DNA of 64,000 nt from Pirellula sp. (GTDB lineage: Bacteria > Planctomycetota > Planctomycetia > Pirellulales > Pirellulaceae). Within the stretch, counting starts at the first letter, position 1. Each line of letters opens with the position of its first letter. Positions 1 through 9,166 of this stretch are shown here, one piece after another. The DNA lies in the NCBI GenBank assembly GCA_040396935.1, contig JBBAXA010000014.1:3314-67313 (forward strand). Direction: 5' to 3'. A program made the translations under genes and the position numbers. The notes beneath the pieces are model-generated. The model was given only the letters and a program-made list of their open reading frames with translations. It did no database searches and had not been told where the DNA came from.

Positions 1-2
1 GA

Positions 3-275
3 ACCCCGATTCCGGTTGTTGTTACCGTCTACTCCGATCGAAGCTTTGAGTTTATCACTAAAAGCCCTCCAGCATCGGCATTGCTGAAGATGGCTGCAGG
101 TGTTGCCAGTGGTTCGGGCGAACCCCACAAAACGAAAGTTGGGAAAGTTACAAAAGCGCAAGTTGAGGATATCTGTAAAAAGAAGATGGCTGACTTGAAC
201 GCTCGGGATCTCGAACATGCTCGCCGCATGATCGAGGGCACCGCCCGCAGTATGGGTATTGAAATCGTAGGTTAA
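3..275 (+). CDS. rplK: 50S ribosomal protein L11 (5' truncated by window edge)
   Basis: Frame open from base 3: [25 protein letters not shown]...[25 protein letters not shown], the typical L11 C-terminal half; directly upstream of L1. Confidence 0.97.
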   Translation, partial: TPIPVVVTVYSDRSFEFITKSPPASALLKMAAGVASGSGEPHKTKVGKVTKAQVEDICKKKMADLNARDLEHARRMIEGTARSMGIEIVG

Positions 276-295
276 GCAGAGGAGCAAGCAGGATA

Positions 296-976
296 ATGGT
301 GAAGCCAACCAAAGCGATGAAAGCGATGCTTGCGAAGACGCCGGGAAAGAACCCGCTTCCTTTGCAGCAAGCTGTCGAATTATTGAAACAGTTCGGAGGT
401 CGAAAGTTCGACCAAACGGTAGAGGTCCATATGAACCTGGGAATCGATCCTGCGCAAGCAGATCAGATCGTTCGAGGTTCTGTGGTGCTGCCCCATGGGA
501 TAGGAAAGGTACAGAGAGTGGTGGTGTTCGCGAAGGGCGATCTGGCCAAGGTGGCCGAAGAAGCTGGTGCGGATGCCGTGGGAGCCGATGATCTATCGAA
601 ACGGATCAAGGATGGGTGGCTCGATTTCGATGTGTGCATCGCGACTCCCGACATGATGGGTATGGTCGGTCCCTTGGGAAAGGTTTTGGGTCCTCGAGGT
701 CTGATGCCATCCCCGCGGGCTGGTACGGTTACGACCGATGTCGCCCGTGTGGTCAAAGAATACAAGGCAGGTAAAGTTGAGTTCCGAAATGACAAAGGTG
801 CTAATGTGCATGCTGTCGTCGGAAAGATGAGCTTCGACGCTGGAAAACTGGCGGACAACTTGTCGGCGTTCATTTCCTACGTTCAGTCTTTGAAACCTAA
901 TACGGTCAAGGGAACGTACATCAAGTCGATCGCGATTTGTGCGACGATGTCTCCTAGCATTCGCGTTTCTGCGTAA
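296..976 (+). CDS. rplA: 50S ribosomal protein L1
   Basis: [37 protein letters not shown] and [12 protein letters not shown] are L1 signatures. Confidence 0.98.
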   Translation: MVKPTKAMKAMLAKTPGKNPLPLQQAVELLKQFGGRKFDQTVEVHMNLGIDPAQADQIVRGSVVLPHGIGKVQRVVVFAKGDLAKVAEEAGADAVGADDLSKRIKDGWLDFDVCIATPDMMGMVGPLGKVLGPRGLMPSPRAGTVTTDVARVVKEYKAGKVEFRNDKGANVHAVVGKMSFDAGKLADNLSAFISYVQSLKPNTVKGTYIKSIAICATMSPSIRVSA

Positions 977-987
977 GAAAGGGTGCC

Positions 988-1515
988 ATGAGTAAGGTAG
1001 TCAAACGGCTTGTTGCCAGAGATATTTCGAACCGCTTGCAAGGGGTCAACGATGCGATCGTCGGCAACATCGTAGGTATGTCAGGCGACGAGAATTACAA
1101 CATCCGCAAAAACCTCCGCGATAAAGGTATCGGGGTTATGGTGGTCAAGCGAACGCTTGCTGCCCGAGCCACAAACGGCACCTCCCTGCGTCCGGCGTTC
1201 GACAATTTGTCCGGAAGTGTGGCGGTCATTTGGGGGTCTGAGGACTTTGTCTCCCTCTGCAAAACGGTTACAAAACTGGTGGACTCCGGCGAATTTCCCA
1301 AGTTGGAAATTAAAGCTGGGGTTATGGATGGCGAAGCTCTCACGGCGGACCAAGTGAAGAAGGTCAGCAAGTGGCCTAGCCGTCAGGAGCAGATCTCCTT
1401 GCTGGTTGGTCAGATCCTCTCGCCTGGTGCAAACCTCTCGGGTCAACTGGTCGGCCCCGCTCGCAAGATCGCGGGTCAGGTCAAGAAGATGATCGAGAAC
1501 CAAGAAGGATCCTAA
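988..1515 (+). CDS. rplJ: 50S ribosomal protein L10
   Basis: Between rplA and rplL; VVKRTLAARA, LEIKAGVMDGEALTADQVKKVSKWPSRQEQIS match the L10 pattern. Confidence 0.95.
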   Translation: MSKVVKRLVARDISNRLQGVNDAIVGNIVGMSGDENYNIRKNLRDKGIGVMVVKRTLAARATNGTSLRPAFDNLSGSVAVIWGSEDFVSLCKTVTKLVDSGEFPKLEIKAGVMDGEALTADQVKKVSKWPSRQEQISLLVGQILSPGANLSGQLVGPARKIAGQVKKMIENQEGS

Positions 1516-1639
1516 GTAAAGAGTCACGCAGGCGGTCCTACGGAATCGCATGCAAAACAAAACGTTGTTACACAGCCGGTTCCATTTCTCGCCGGTGAGT
1601 TTGTTAGTTAGTTCTTTCCAAATTGAGGATTAGTGAATT

Positions 1640-2050
1640 ATGTCCGAGTCAGCAACCGCTTTCGCGGAAGAAATCAAGACCCTAGGCGAGAAGATCGTCG
1701 GCCTGACGCTCAAGCAAGCCAAGGAGTTGAGTGATTATCTTAAAGAGGTGCATGGTATCGAAGCTGCGGCTGGCGGCGCTGTCGTCATGGCTGCCCCAGC
1801 TGATGGTGGTGGCGGGGCCGCTGCGGCTGCCGCCGTTCAAACCGAGTTCGATGTTGTCATGACTTCGTTCGGCGATAAGAAGCTCGATGTTGTCAAGGTA
1901 GTGAAGAACCTCACGGGTCTCTCGCTCATGGATGCCAAGAAGCTCGTAGAAGGTGTTCCAGCGAAGATCAAGGAGCAAGTCTCCAAGGAAGACGCTGAGA
2001 AGGTTAAGGCTGAGCTTACCGAGGCTGGCGCTACGGTAGAACTCAAGTAG
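1640..2050 (+). CDS. rplL: 50S ribosomal protein L7/L12
   Basis: [15 protein letters not shown], Ala/Gly hinge, [32 protein letters not shown]. Confidence 0.98.
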   Translation: MSESATAFAEEIKTLGEKIVGLTLKQAKELSDYLKEVHGIEAAAGGAVVMAAPADGGGGAAAAAAVQTEFDVVMTSFGDKKLDVVKVVKNLTGLSLMDAKKLVEGVPAKIKEQVSKEDAEKVKAELTEAGATVELK

Positions 2051-2083
2051 TTCTGCAGCCGGAAGAAGCTCGATTTTTTCTGC

Positions 2084-2116
2084 CGAAGGTCCGCTTTCAC
2101 GCGGACCTTCGTTTTG
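2084..2116 (+). terminator. Rho-independent terminator of the rplKAJL operon
   Basis: Perfect 11-bp stem CGAAGGTCCGC (2084-2094) / GCGGACCTTCG (2101-2111) with a 6-nt loop, followed by TTTTG, 33 nt after the rplL stop. Confidence 0.85.
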
Positions 2117-2677
2117 TGACCGATATGCTCCTGAGCGGTCGCGGATCGAGATAGTTTTTCGACATACTTCTGTTTCTTGCTGGTCCTTCGGATTGTTAAA
2201 GCGATCCGATTTCGTTTGCCAAGATATTCGCTAAACGCCACCGTCTGAGCGATCGCAGAGGGTTCGGCCGCGTCCGTATTTAGGGCTGGTGGCAGTCTAC
2301 GCTGTGCATGCAATCCGCTGTTTGCGTCTCTTCGCTAGTCTTGATTTCCCAATCGTATTCCTGCCAGGGATTTGACTGGTTCTTTAACGTCGTGCGCCAA
2401 TTGCATAGGGTGTTAATGCAATAACCAATTCCTTACTCCGCAGTTGAACAGCCAGACAACAAAAGACCCGTGGGGGTGTGCTGATATTCCATTGCGGAAT
2501 ACTCTGGGGAAAATGCCCGAACCGCTCGATTATTTTCATAGTATGGTCGGTCGGGAACCAAGTCGTAGCGACTCGAAGGCCCTCGACTTTTCATAAATCC
2601 TAAGTTCGAATACTGGCAGTAGGCACTCCGATCGACAGGAGTCTTCCCCACTTGTGTCAGGCGACTAACTCGATTTT

Positions 2678-3283
2678 ATGAAACCCAAGTTTGTTTACTT
2701 CGATCTGGGAAATGTATTACTGTACTTCGATCATGACTTGGCATTTCGTAACATGGCGAAGATCGCGCAGGTGAGTCCGCGCGAGATGCGATCTGCGGTC
2801 ATGGAATCGGATCTTCAGATTCAATACGAGACAGGCCATTTGACCAGCGAGCAATTTGTAACGGCCATCGGTCAGCAACTCGGAAAACCGTTGGATACGA
2901 AATCGATGTTGGAAGCCGCTGCGGATATGTTCATAGCCAACAGCCATATTCTTCCTGTTCTCGAGCGTGTCCGAAAACTCGGGATACCGATGGGGTTGCT
3001 CTCCAATACCTGCGAAGCTCACTGGCAATGGATCCTGGAGTTACGTTATCCACAAGTCATCGAATGGTTTACACCGGTCATCCTTTCCTACGAGGCCAAG
3101 AGCATGAAGCCTGATCACGGAATCTATCTGCTCGCGGAGGAGAAATCGGGTTATCGAGGGAGCGACCTGTTCTTCACCGACGACCGGCACGACAATGTTG
3201 CTGCCGCTCAATCTCGAGGCTGGCAGGCAGAAGTATTTATCAACGCGGATCGATTGATGCAAACGATCGATCGTTGGCCCTGA
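2678..3283 (+). CDS. HAD-superfamily phosphatase (YihX-like)
   Basis: Motif I YFDLGNV, LLSNT, SMKPD, FFTDDRHDNVAAA. Confidence 0.88.
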   Translation: MKPKFVYFDLGNVLLYFDHDLAFRNMAKIAQVSPREMRSAVMESDLQIQYETGHLTSEQFVTAIGQQLGKPLDTKSMLEAAADMFIANSHILPVLERVRKLGIPMGLLSNTCEAHWQWILELRYPQVIEWFTPVILSYEAKSMKPDHGIYLLAEEKSGYRGSDLFFTDDRHDNVAAAQSRGWQAEVFINADRLMQTIDRWP

Positions 3284-3565
3284 GTTTTCTCGCAGTCCCA
3301 TGAGCTTCTTTTGTGAATGTCCAGCAATTCGAGCTTAATACCTGGTACATCGTTACATTTTCATTTTAGGATTCGCCGTAGTGCGCTTGTGCCGCGAATT
3401 GTAAACCCTGGCCCACAAGTGCGAGGATCTGCTCTGCTCGCTTGGGTTTGCGACATTCCAGCTATGTTTTGGTGCGTTCAAGACTCTTGATTCGGTCGCT
3501 TCGCTTTGTGCCTGGTACTTGCTTGGCGCTGCTTCCTTGGCGCTGGGTAGCTGTCAGTTGCTGCC

Positions 3566-3588
3566 TCCCCTGAGGCAAGCTCAGGGGA
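3566..3588. other. Perfect 9-bp GC-rich hairpin between convergent genes (possible terminator or RNA element)
   Basis: TCCCCTGAG-GCAAG-CTCAGGGGA; no clear U-tract on either side. Confidence 0.5.
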
Positions 3589-3606
3589 AAGCGTACGAGC
3601 GGATAG

Positions 3607-3652
3607 GCGTGAACGCCGCTGGTTCGCGTTGGGAAAACCGGACGCTCACGCG
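3607..3652. repeat. REP-like imperfect palindrome
   Basis: GCGTGAACGCCGCTGGTT...AACCGGACGCTCACGC. The arms are near-complementary, and the element lies in a convergent intergenic region as REP elements typically do. Confidence 0.5.
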
Positions 3653-3760
3653 TTCCGGGTAATTTTTCGTAACCCTAATTCTTAGTTGGCACAAAGCACG
3701 AGTGCCAGGAATGCAATTGCAAGTGCATCCCTCGCATTTCGAGAATGATCGTCCGGACCC

Positions 3761-4558
3761 TCAATGGAACAGATCAACCTGACTCATCAGTACAGCCTGT
3801 CCGAGAAGTAGAACTCGATCTTCATGGCAGCGAACCCGTACGACACCACCTCTCGCACTGGCTTGAAATCCGACCAACTCGGTCTTTTGGATTTGGTTGC
3901 TCCAATACGGTGCGAGGGCACAGTGTGCAGAGCCGGTTACTGGATCCTCGGGTACTCCAGCCGCCGGCGCGAAGAATCTCGACACAAAATCGTACCTTGG
4001 ATCGTTCGATCGGCTGGTAAGAATACAGCCGCGTACCGGTAGAGTCGCAATACGTTGATGATCCGGGCGGAATGTGGTCAACGTTTGTTCTTCGTCGACC
4101 TCGACCAAGTAATCCATTCCGGTATAGCCAGCGTATCGAATGGGGATGGATAAAGCCTCTTGGATCTTTCCGATGGCATCCAATGCTTGAGGAACCAGAG
4201 AGGGAAAGTCCATCTCGATCCAACCCTCGGATTGTCTGCACGTGAGCCAACCGCTGCGTGTCGAGAAACGGGCCGATTCATTCGGCTCTAATCGCCCGAG
4301 GTGCCAGAGTACATAGGCGCTAGCCAATGTCGCGTGCCCGCATAGATCCACCTCGATTGTCGGCGTTAACCAACGAAGGGAGTACCCACCCTCGATGGGG
4401 TACAGGAAGGCTGTCTCAGCCAGGTTCATCTCCCGGCTTACAGACTTCATCCAATCCTCGTTCGGGGGTGAATCGGAGATCATCACCGCAGCTGGATTTC
4501 CGCGAAACGGCTCATTGGTGAACGCATCGACTACGTAAAGTTGATTCTTCAATTTCAC
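3761..4558 (-). CDS. PhzF/PhzC-family isomerase
   Basis: VDAFTNEPFRGNPAAV, EMNLAETAF, EVDLCGHATLA, EDPVTGSAHC. Confidence 0.93.
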   Translation of the reverse strand: MKLKNQLYVVDAFTNEPFRGNPAAVMISDSPPNEDWMKSVSREMNLAETAFLYPIEGGYSLRWLTPTIEVDLCGHATLASAYVLWHLGRLEPNESARFSTRSGWLTCRQSEGWIEMDFPSLVPQALDAIGKIQEALSIPIRYAGYTGMDYLVEVDEEQTLTTFRPDHQRIATLPVRGCILTSRSNDPRYDFVSRFFAPAAGVPEDPVTGSAHCALAPYWSNQIQKTELVGFQASARGGVVRVRCHEDRVLLLGQAVLMSQVDLFH

Positions 4559-4866
4559 ACAACCTTTCGTGACGTTGGTGGTGCGCAGGAGCTGATAGGG
4601 ATGAATGATTCAGCCGCATGCTTTGAGGTTCGCGGCAGACCCCATCGCTTGGAGTATTTTTGCAATCCCAGCGACAAAACGCCGTTAAACCTAGTAGCGT
4701 TGCTCAGGGACGTGTCACCCAAACGCTGTTCAACCTCATGCACCTGTTTTTTGAACAGCATGGTGTGGCACTCACTGACGTTTTTTAGTTCGGGGTGGCA
4801 CGCGTGGCACGCCCAGAGCTCTGCGTTGGGCGTGCTGTAGCATGAGGCAGAGGTGTTTGGCCCACA

Positions 4867-5057
4867 ACCCATCGTGTTGCTAAGGGGCTTAAGGAGATAC
4901 GTCGCAATACGATCGAGAAGTTCACCTTGAACCTTCGATCAGTTGATCTTGGCTGGGCCCAGGCGATACTACAACTTGTTGGTGTTCCAAGCGGTGAGTC
5001 CACGTCGGGTCAACCGTTGGATCCGCAAGCTCGCGAACCCGAGGTAGCAGTCAGGAT
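4867..5057 (-). ncRNA. ssrS: Probable 6S RNA
   Basis: ~190-nt segment that folds as a long irregular hairpin. On the minus strand it has UUGACC (5014-5009) and GGUUCAA (4933-4927), the paired motifs typical of 6S RNA. It also has a UGGACUC/GGGCCCA inner stem, a small GAUC-AACU-GAUC hairpin on the 3' side of the bubble, outer stems GUUCGCGA..UGCGGAUC / GAUCGUAUUGCGAC and UGCUA/UAGCA, and an AT-rich upstream region. Ends are approximate. Confidence 0.6.
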
Positions 5058-5191
5058 TTTTTATTGGATGATTACCAAAAGATTTTCGGTTCCGCAGAAC
5101 CGAAATCATTTCTGACTTCGGTGCGGAATCAAATACTTTTGGCATAAGAAAAAACTCAGCCGGTCGTGTTGCATCACGTTGGGAGAGGGGC

Positions 5192-6139
5192 CTACACGTT
5201 TTGAATGTGGATGTAGGCGTGCACGTGCGGAGCTCCTCGGAAGTGGATGCATGTATTTTTACCGACGATTCGCCACATGTCCCAAATGCCGTCGGCCTTG
5301 AGATCGTCTTTAGCGAAGAATTGCAACGAAAGGGATTTGAGTCCGCCTACTTCCTCGAGCAGTTCCCGAGCCTCTTTCGAGTCCTCCTCGCGATAGACTC
5401 CTAGGATCGAAGTCAATGCCTCGTTGACGAGTTGTACTTGGTCACTGCTGAGTGCGGAAACGGAGATTCCTGGGTATGCATCTTTCTTTTCGACGCGCAC
5501 GCTCCCCTCGCCGGGAATCGTGGCTTGGATCAACGCTTGGTTGCGCTGTTCCGTGCTGAGAGCCTGAAAGACCTTATTCACTTTTTGAGTTTGAAAATAA
5601 AAGATATTGTCTTCTGGTGCCGATTCCTCTCCGTGTCCATACACAACCGGTCCTCCGAAAACGACTTTCTTTTGTGTGTTTCCATCGGCCCGAAGCGTCA
5701 GATGGCGACCGGTCAGCATCCATTCGAACTCGGAATCTCCCGGCTTTCCAAACCAAGCCATACTGTAGGCTTCGATTCCCCCGTCATCATCCTCCGTTTG
5801 CTTTTTGATCGTCTCGTAGCCCGACGGAGAGGCGAGTTGTTTGACGATTTCATGCACCATCGACTGCTGAGACTTGGTGAAGAAATCAGAGCCGATAAGA
5901 GGTTTGACCACATGCCAGTTGGCATTGACCTTTTGTCGTAGAGTATCCCCGAACCCCTTGCACACTACGGATTTTTGCGAGTCGGAAAGGGACTCATACA
6001 GTTCCCCTATGACGGACTCTGCACGACTCGAACGACTTGGTGCACCGAAGATACCTGGCGATTGCAGTAAACCGGTTGCACCGACGGCGCTGGCTGCTGC
6101 GATGAAATTGCGACGAGGAATCGATTGCTGAGAGGTCAT
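5192..6139 (-). CDS. DUF3500-family protein with Tat signal peptide
   Basis: N-terminal PRRNFIAAASAVG twin-arginine motif; WFGKPGDSEFEWMLTGRHLTL and HFRGAPHVH resemble DUF3500. Confidence 0.75.
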   Translation of the reverse strand: MTSQQSIPRRNFIAAASAVGATGLLQSPGIFGAPSRSSRAESVIGELYESLSDSQKSVVCKGFGDTLRQKVNANWHVVKPLIGSDFFTKSQQSMVHEIVKQLASPSGYETIKKQTEDDDGGIEAYSMAWFGKPGDSEFEWMLTGRHLTLRADGNTQKKVVFGGPVVYGHGEESAPEDNIFYFQTQKVNKVFQALSTEQRNQALIQATIPGEGSVRVEKKDAYPGISVSALSSDQVQLVNEALTSILGVYREEDSKEARELLEEVGGLKSLSLQFFAKDDLKADGIWDMWRIVGKNTCIHFRGAPHVHAYIHIQNV

Positions 6140-6286
6140 CGTACTTTTCCTTTCTTGAATTAGGGATGGATCGAATCCATTTTATCGTAGCGCAACTCGA
6201 TCGTGTCCTCTCCCACCCTGGGAATTTCTCGATTCCACTACAATAGTCTTTTTCAAAACTCTGTTTCCCCGGAAATCGCATTTAGC

Positions 6287-7315
6287 ATGAAAGCTCTTCA
6301 GTTAGAAAAACCAGAAACCTGGAAATTACTTGATATCCCTCCTCCCTCCGCCATCGGAGCGGACGAAGCTCTCGTGCGGGTTCACCGTGTTGGTGTTTGC
6401 GGTACGGACATTGGGTGCTATCTGGGCAAGTTCCCCTTTTTCGCGTTCCCACGCATTCCTGGTCACGAATTGGGGGTTGAGGTTGCTGAGATCGGTGAAG
6501 GTGTGGAGCATTTAAGCGTCGGCGACCGTTGCTGTGTAGAGCCGTATCTCAACTGCGGTGAGTGTTATGCTTGTAAACGGGGATTCACCAATTGCTGCGA
6601 GCACAACCAGACCTTTGGGGTGATGTGCGACGGTGGGTTGACGGAGTATGTCGTTCTCCCAGCTCGAAAAATCCATCCCGCCCCGAGATTAACCTATGAG
6701 CAGGCTGCGTTGGTAGAAACCCTAGCGATAGGTTGCCATGCCGTCGACCGAGCGAGTCCGAAACCTCACGAAACCATTTTGATACTCGGGGCTGGTCCGA
6801 TCGGACTCTCTGCCCTGGAGTTTGCGAAGCTTTCGAACGCTCGCGTTTTGGTCGCTGACCTGAGTCCCGGCCGTCTTGAGTTCGTCAAGTCGAATAGGCC
6901 AGGTATCGAGACGGTTCTCTTCCACGGAGACTTGCGGGATCATGAAACGATTCATGCACTCACAGAAGGACGGCTCCCCGATATTGTGATCGACGCTACG
7001 GGCAACCATCGCAGCATGGTTCGTGCTTTGGAATTTACAGCCTTCGCAGGACGAGTGGTCTTCGTGGGCATCACTCAAATGAACCTCGATTTTCCCCATG
7101 CGCCTTTTCTGCATCGCCGCGAACTCTCCATCCTGGCGAGTCGCAATGCGCCTTCCATGGATTTCGCACGCATCGTTCAACTGATCGAAGCAGGTGCGAT
7201 CGACACCAAACCGTGGATCACCCATCATGCTACCATGGAAGAGGTGCCTCAAACGTTTGCCGAATGGCTCAACCCAGCAGTTGGAGTGATCAAAGCCATG
7301 ATTCATATCACTTAG
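6287..7315 (+). CDS. Zn-dependent alcohol/sugar-acid dehydrogenase (MDR family, L-galactonate dehydrogenase-like)
   Basis: VGVCGTD, GHE, structural Zn motif CGECYACKRGFTNCC, GAGPIG; start trimmed to MKALQLEKP. Confidence 0.88.
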   Translation: MKALQLEKPETWKLLDIPPPSAIGADEALVRVHRVGVCGTDIGCYLGKFPFFAFPRIPGHELGVEVAEIGEGVEHLSVGDRCCVEPYLNCGECYACKRGFTNCCEHNQTFGVMCDGGLTEYVVLPARKIHPAPRLTYEQAALVETLAIGCHAVDRASPKPHETILILGAGPIGLSALEFAKLSNARVLVADLSPGRLEFVKSNRPGIETVLFHGDLRDHETIHALTEGRLPDIVIDATGNHRSMVRALEFTAFAGRVVFVGITQMNLDFPHAPFLHRRELSILASRNAPSMDFARIVQLIEAGAIDTKPWITHHATMEEVPQTFAEWLNPAVGVIKAMIHIT

Positions 7316-7598
7316 AGGCAGGAACGGATCGAGACGCATGGAGTACGCAAGTCTCGTCGCTAGATTCGATCTTTCCCGCAGGATGTTTCACCGTCTCAAT
7401 CGAACGTCGATCCGAAACCAAAGCATTCTCCTCCTCTGCATTGGGCGTGTTGTCTTTTCGAATTGGCAAGCAGCAGGGCGATAGGATCAAGTATCGAAAG
7501 GCGCTCATCGGTCGAATGGATGGATTCTGCCATCGTCCAATCTCGCAGTCGCCTATGTAAAGAAAGAACGAAGCAATGACGGATCGATCGGAAGTCGA

Positions 7599-8354
7599 TC
7601 AACTCTCGGGAGAAGCTGCTGCGTCGACGAACCATAGCAGTCTTCCATGCTTGGGTTCGATGAGCTGTGCGGGGTATTCGTTAGGATGTCGAGGTCCGTG
7701 CAGCACCACCTCCATCGCAGGACGTTTGGATACACCGCAGACGAGAAAGGCGACGTTTCTGGCTGCGTTGATCATCGGTGCGGTCAACGTCAAACGGTAG
7801 GCCGCAAATTTGGGGACGTAATTTGCCACGAATAATCTCTTGGTTTCCTCCAATGCCTCGGTTTCTGGGAAAAGAGACGCGGTGTGGGCGTCATCTCCTA
7901 AACCCAAAAGTACGATATCCAAAGAGGGGAAGTCGTTCGCCAGCTTCTGGTCCGGATCGAGCACGCGGCGGAGTTGTAACTCGTACTCTGCGGCTGCCCG
8001 TTCGGGGGCATTGACGGAAATTTGGACGGGGAAAATCCTTGGTACTTGGGGGGCCTTTGTCGGATCGAGTCGATCGAGCCAAGCTTCTCTCACCATTTTG
8101 TAGTTGCTGTCGACGTGGTCGTGCGGAACGTTTCGCTCGTCTCCCCAGACCAAATCCACGCGGGACCAATCCAGAGAGTCCAGCGAGCTTTCCACGATGA
8201 TCTGATAGAGTCGTTTCGGAGTGGAGCCTCCCGAGAGCGCCAGACTGCACCTGCCACGCGATGCAATTGTTTCCTGAATCGTCTCGATCAACCAATCGTG
8301 TGCCGCGGTCGCCACATCCTCAGCATTCGTTTTGACGATCGTTTGGTGGTACAT
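7599..8354 (-). CDS. pgl: 6-phosphogluconolactonase
   Basis: LALSGGSTPKRLY, VWGDERNVPHDHVDSNY, LLGLGDDAHTASLFP, RLTLTAPMINAA. Confidence 0.95.
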   Translation of the reverse strand: MYHQTIVKTNAEDVATAAHDWLIETIQETIASRGRCSLALSGGSTPKRLYQIIVESSLDSLDWSRVDLVWGDERNVPHDHVDSNYKMVREAWLDRLDPTKAPQVPRIFPVQISVNAPERAAAEYELQLRRVLDPDQKLANDFPSLDIVLLGLGDDAHTASLFPETEALEETKRLFVANYVPKFAAYRLTLTAPMINAARNVAFLVCGVSKRPAMEVVLHGPRHPNEYPAQLIEPKHGRLLWFVDAAASPES

Positions 8355-8398
8355 GTAAAGCTTTAGTTGGGTAAGTGGCAGGTGCTGGGTTCAGCCGA

Positions 8399-9166
8399 TC
8401 AAGATCTCGGGGCATCGACAAGATCTGAAATCTTTCCGAGAGCAGATTGTAAGGGACATTCTGTGGCAACAGTAGCAATCCCGCGTCGATATGCGTCGAG
8501 AAGGATTCGTGATTGCTGGGCTAAAATTCGCCGAACCTCCCGTCTTTCGCCACGGACGCGTGGAATCTTCATATGGTCGTAAGCGGTTGTTTGATGCCGC
8601 ATCCACGCAATCACCGCAGACTCGACGCGCTGTTCGAGAGGGATTCGCTGGGTTCTCGCGACGGTTCCACTACCGACGGGTGTGGCATGCGCGGTCACCA
8701 CCGCAGCCATTTTTTTGGCGATCGAGTGGTATCGCGGAGCGAAGTCGAGGAACTGGAAAACGGCATCTCCAAAGTCCTCGACGTATTCATCCTGCTTGCG
8801 ATTTCTTCTGGCGGAATCGGATGCTCTCCGATTCTTGTACTTCTCGGTCGCTCGTTCGGATTCCAATTCTGCACGTCTTTGTGCGATGACCGATCCTGAG
8901 GCCCATACCCCTAACGAAAAAGTCTTGCGACCTTTTTTGATCTGAACGGTCCAGGTTGGAGTGGAGGCTTTAACGCGACGGGTGAGTCCTGCATCGCCTG
9001 GGGGGAGCAGTTCCCAGTCCGAGGGTACTGCGAGTTCCGTACCATCACCCGCGATGACGCTATGAGGCGATCTGCCGGGAGCGACGATCTGAGAGTCGTT
9101 GTTTGTTCCCTGACTCGCTGGTTTCGGAGGGAGTCCTGTTGTCTCAGCCTTGGGCGAGCGCGGCAT
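8399..9166 (-). CDS. DUF2293-domain protein
   Basis: LLPPGDAGLTRRVK, RKTFSLGVWA, HATPVGSGTVART, AVIAWMRHQTTAYD fit the DUF2293 pattern. Confidence 0.78.
   Translation of the reverse strand: MPRSPKAETTGLPPKPASQGTNNDSQIVAPGRSPHSVIAGDGTELAVPSDWELLPPGDAGLTRRVKASTPTWTVQIKKGRKTFSLGVWASGSVIAQRRAELESERATEKYKNRRASDSARRNRKQDEYVEDFGDAVFQFLDFAPRYHSIAKKMAAVVTAHATPVGSGTVARTQRIPLEQRVESAVIAWMRHQTTAYDHMKIPRVRGERREVRRILAQQSRILLDAYRRGIATVATECPLQSALGKISDLVDAPRS

Noticed and set aside
3682-3708. CIRCE-like TTGGCAC...GAGTGCCAG
   Set aside because: Half-site spacing is 5 rather than 9 nt, the left arm matches poorly, and it lies at the 3' ends of convergent genes, not before a chaperone gene.
4555-4872. 105-aa ORF containing CHACH, a CxxCH haem-binding-like motif
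   Set aside because: No signal peptide or RBS and no cytochrome-like composition. The motif arises from the short GTGGCAC repeats and the hairpin at 4807-4835, so it is most likely chance.
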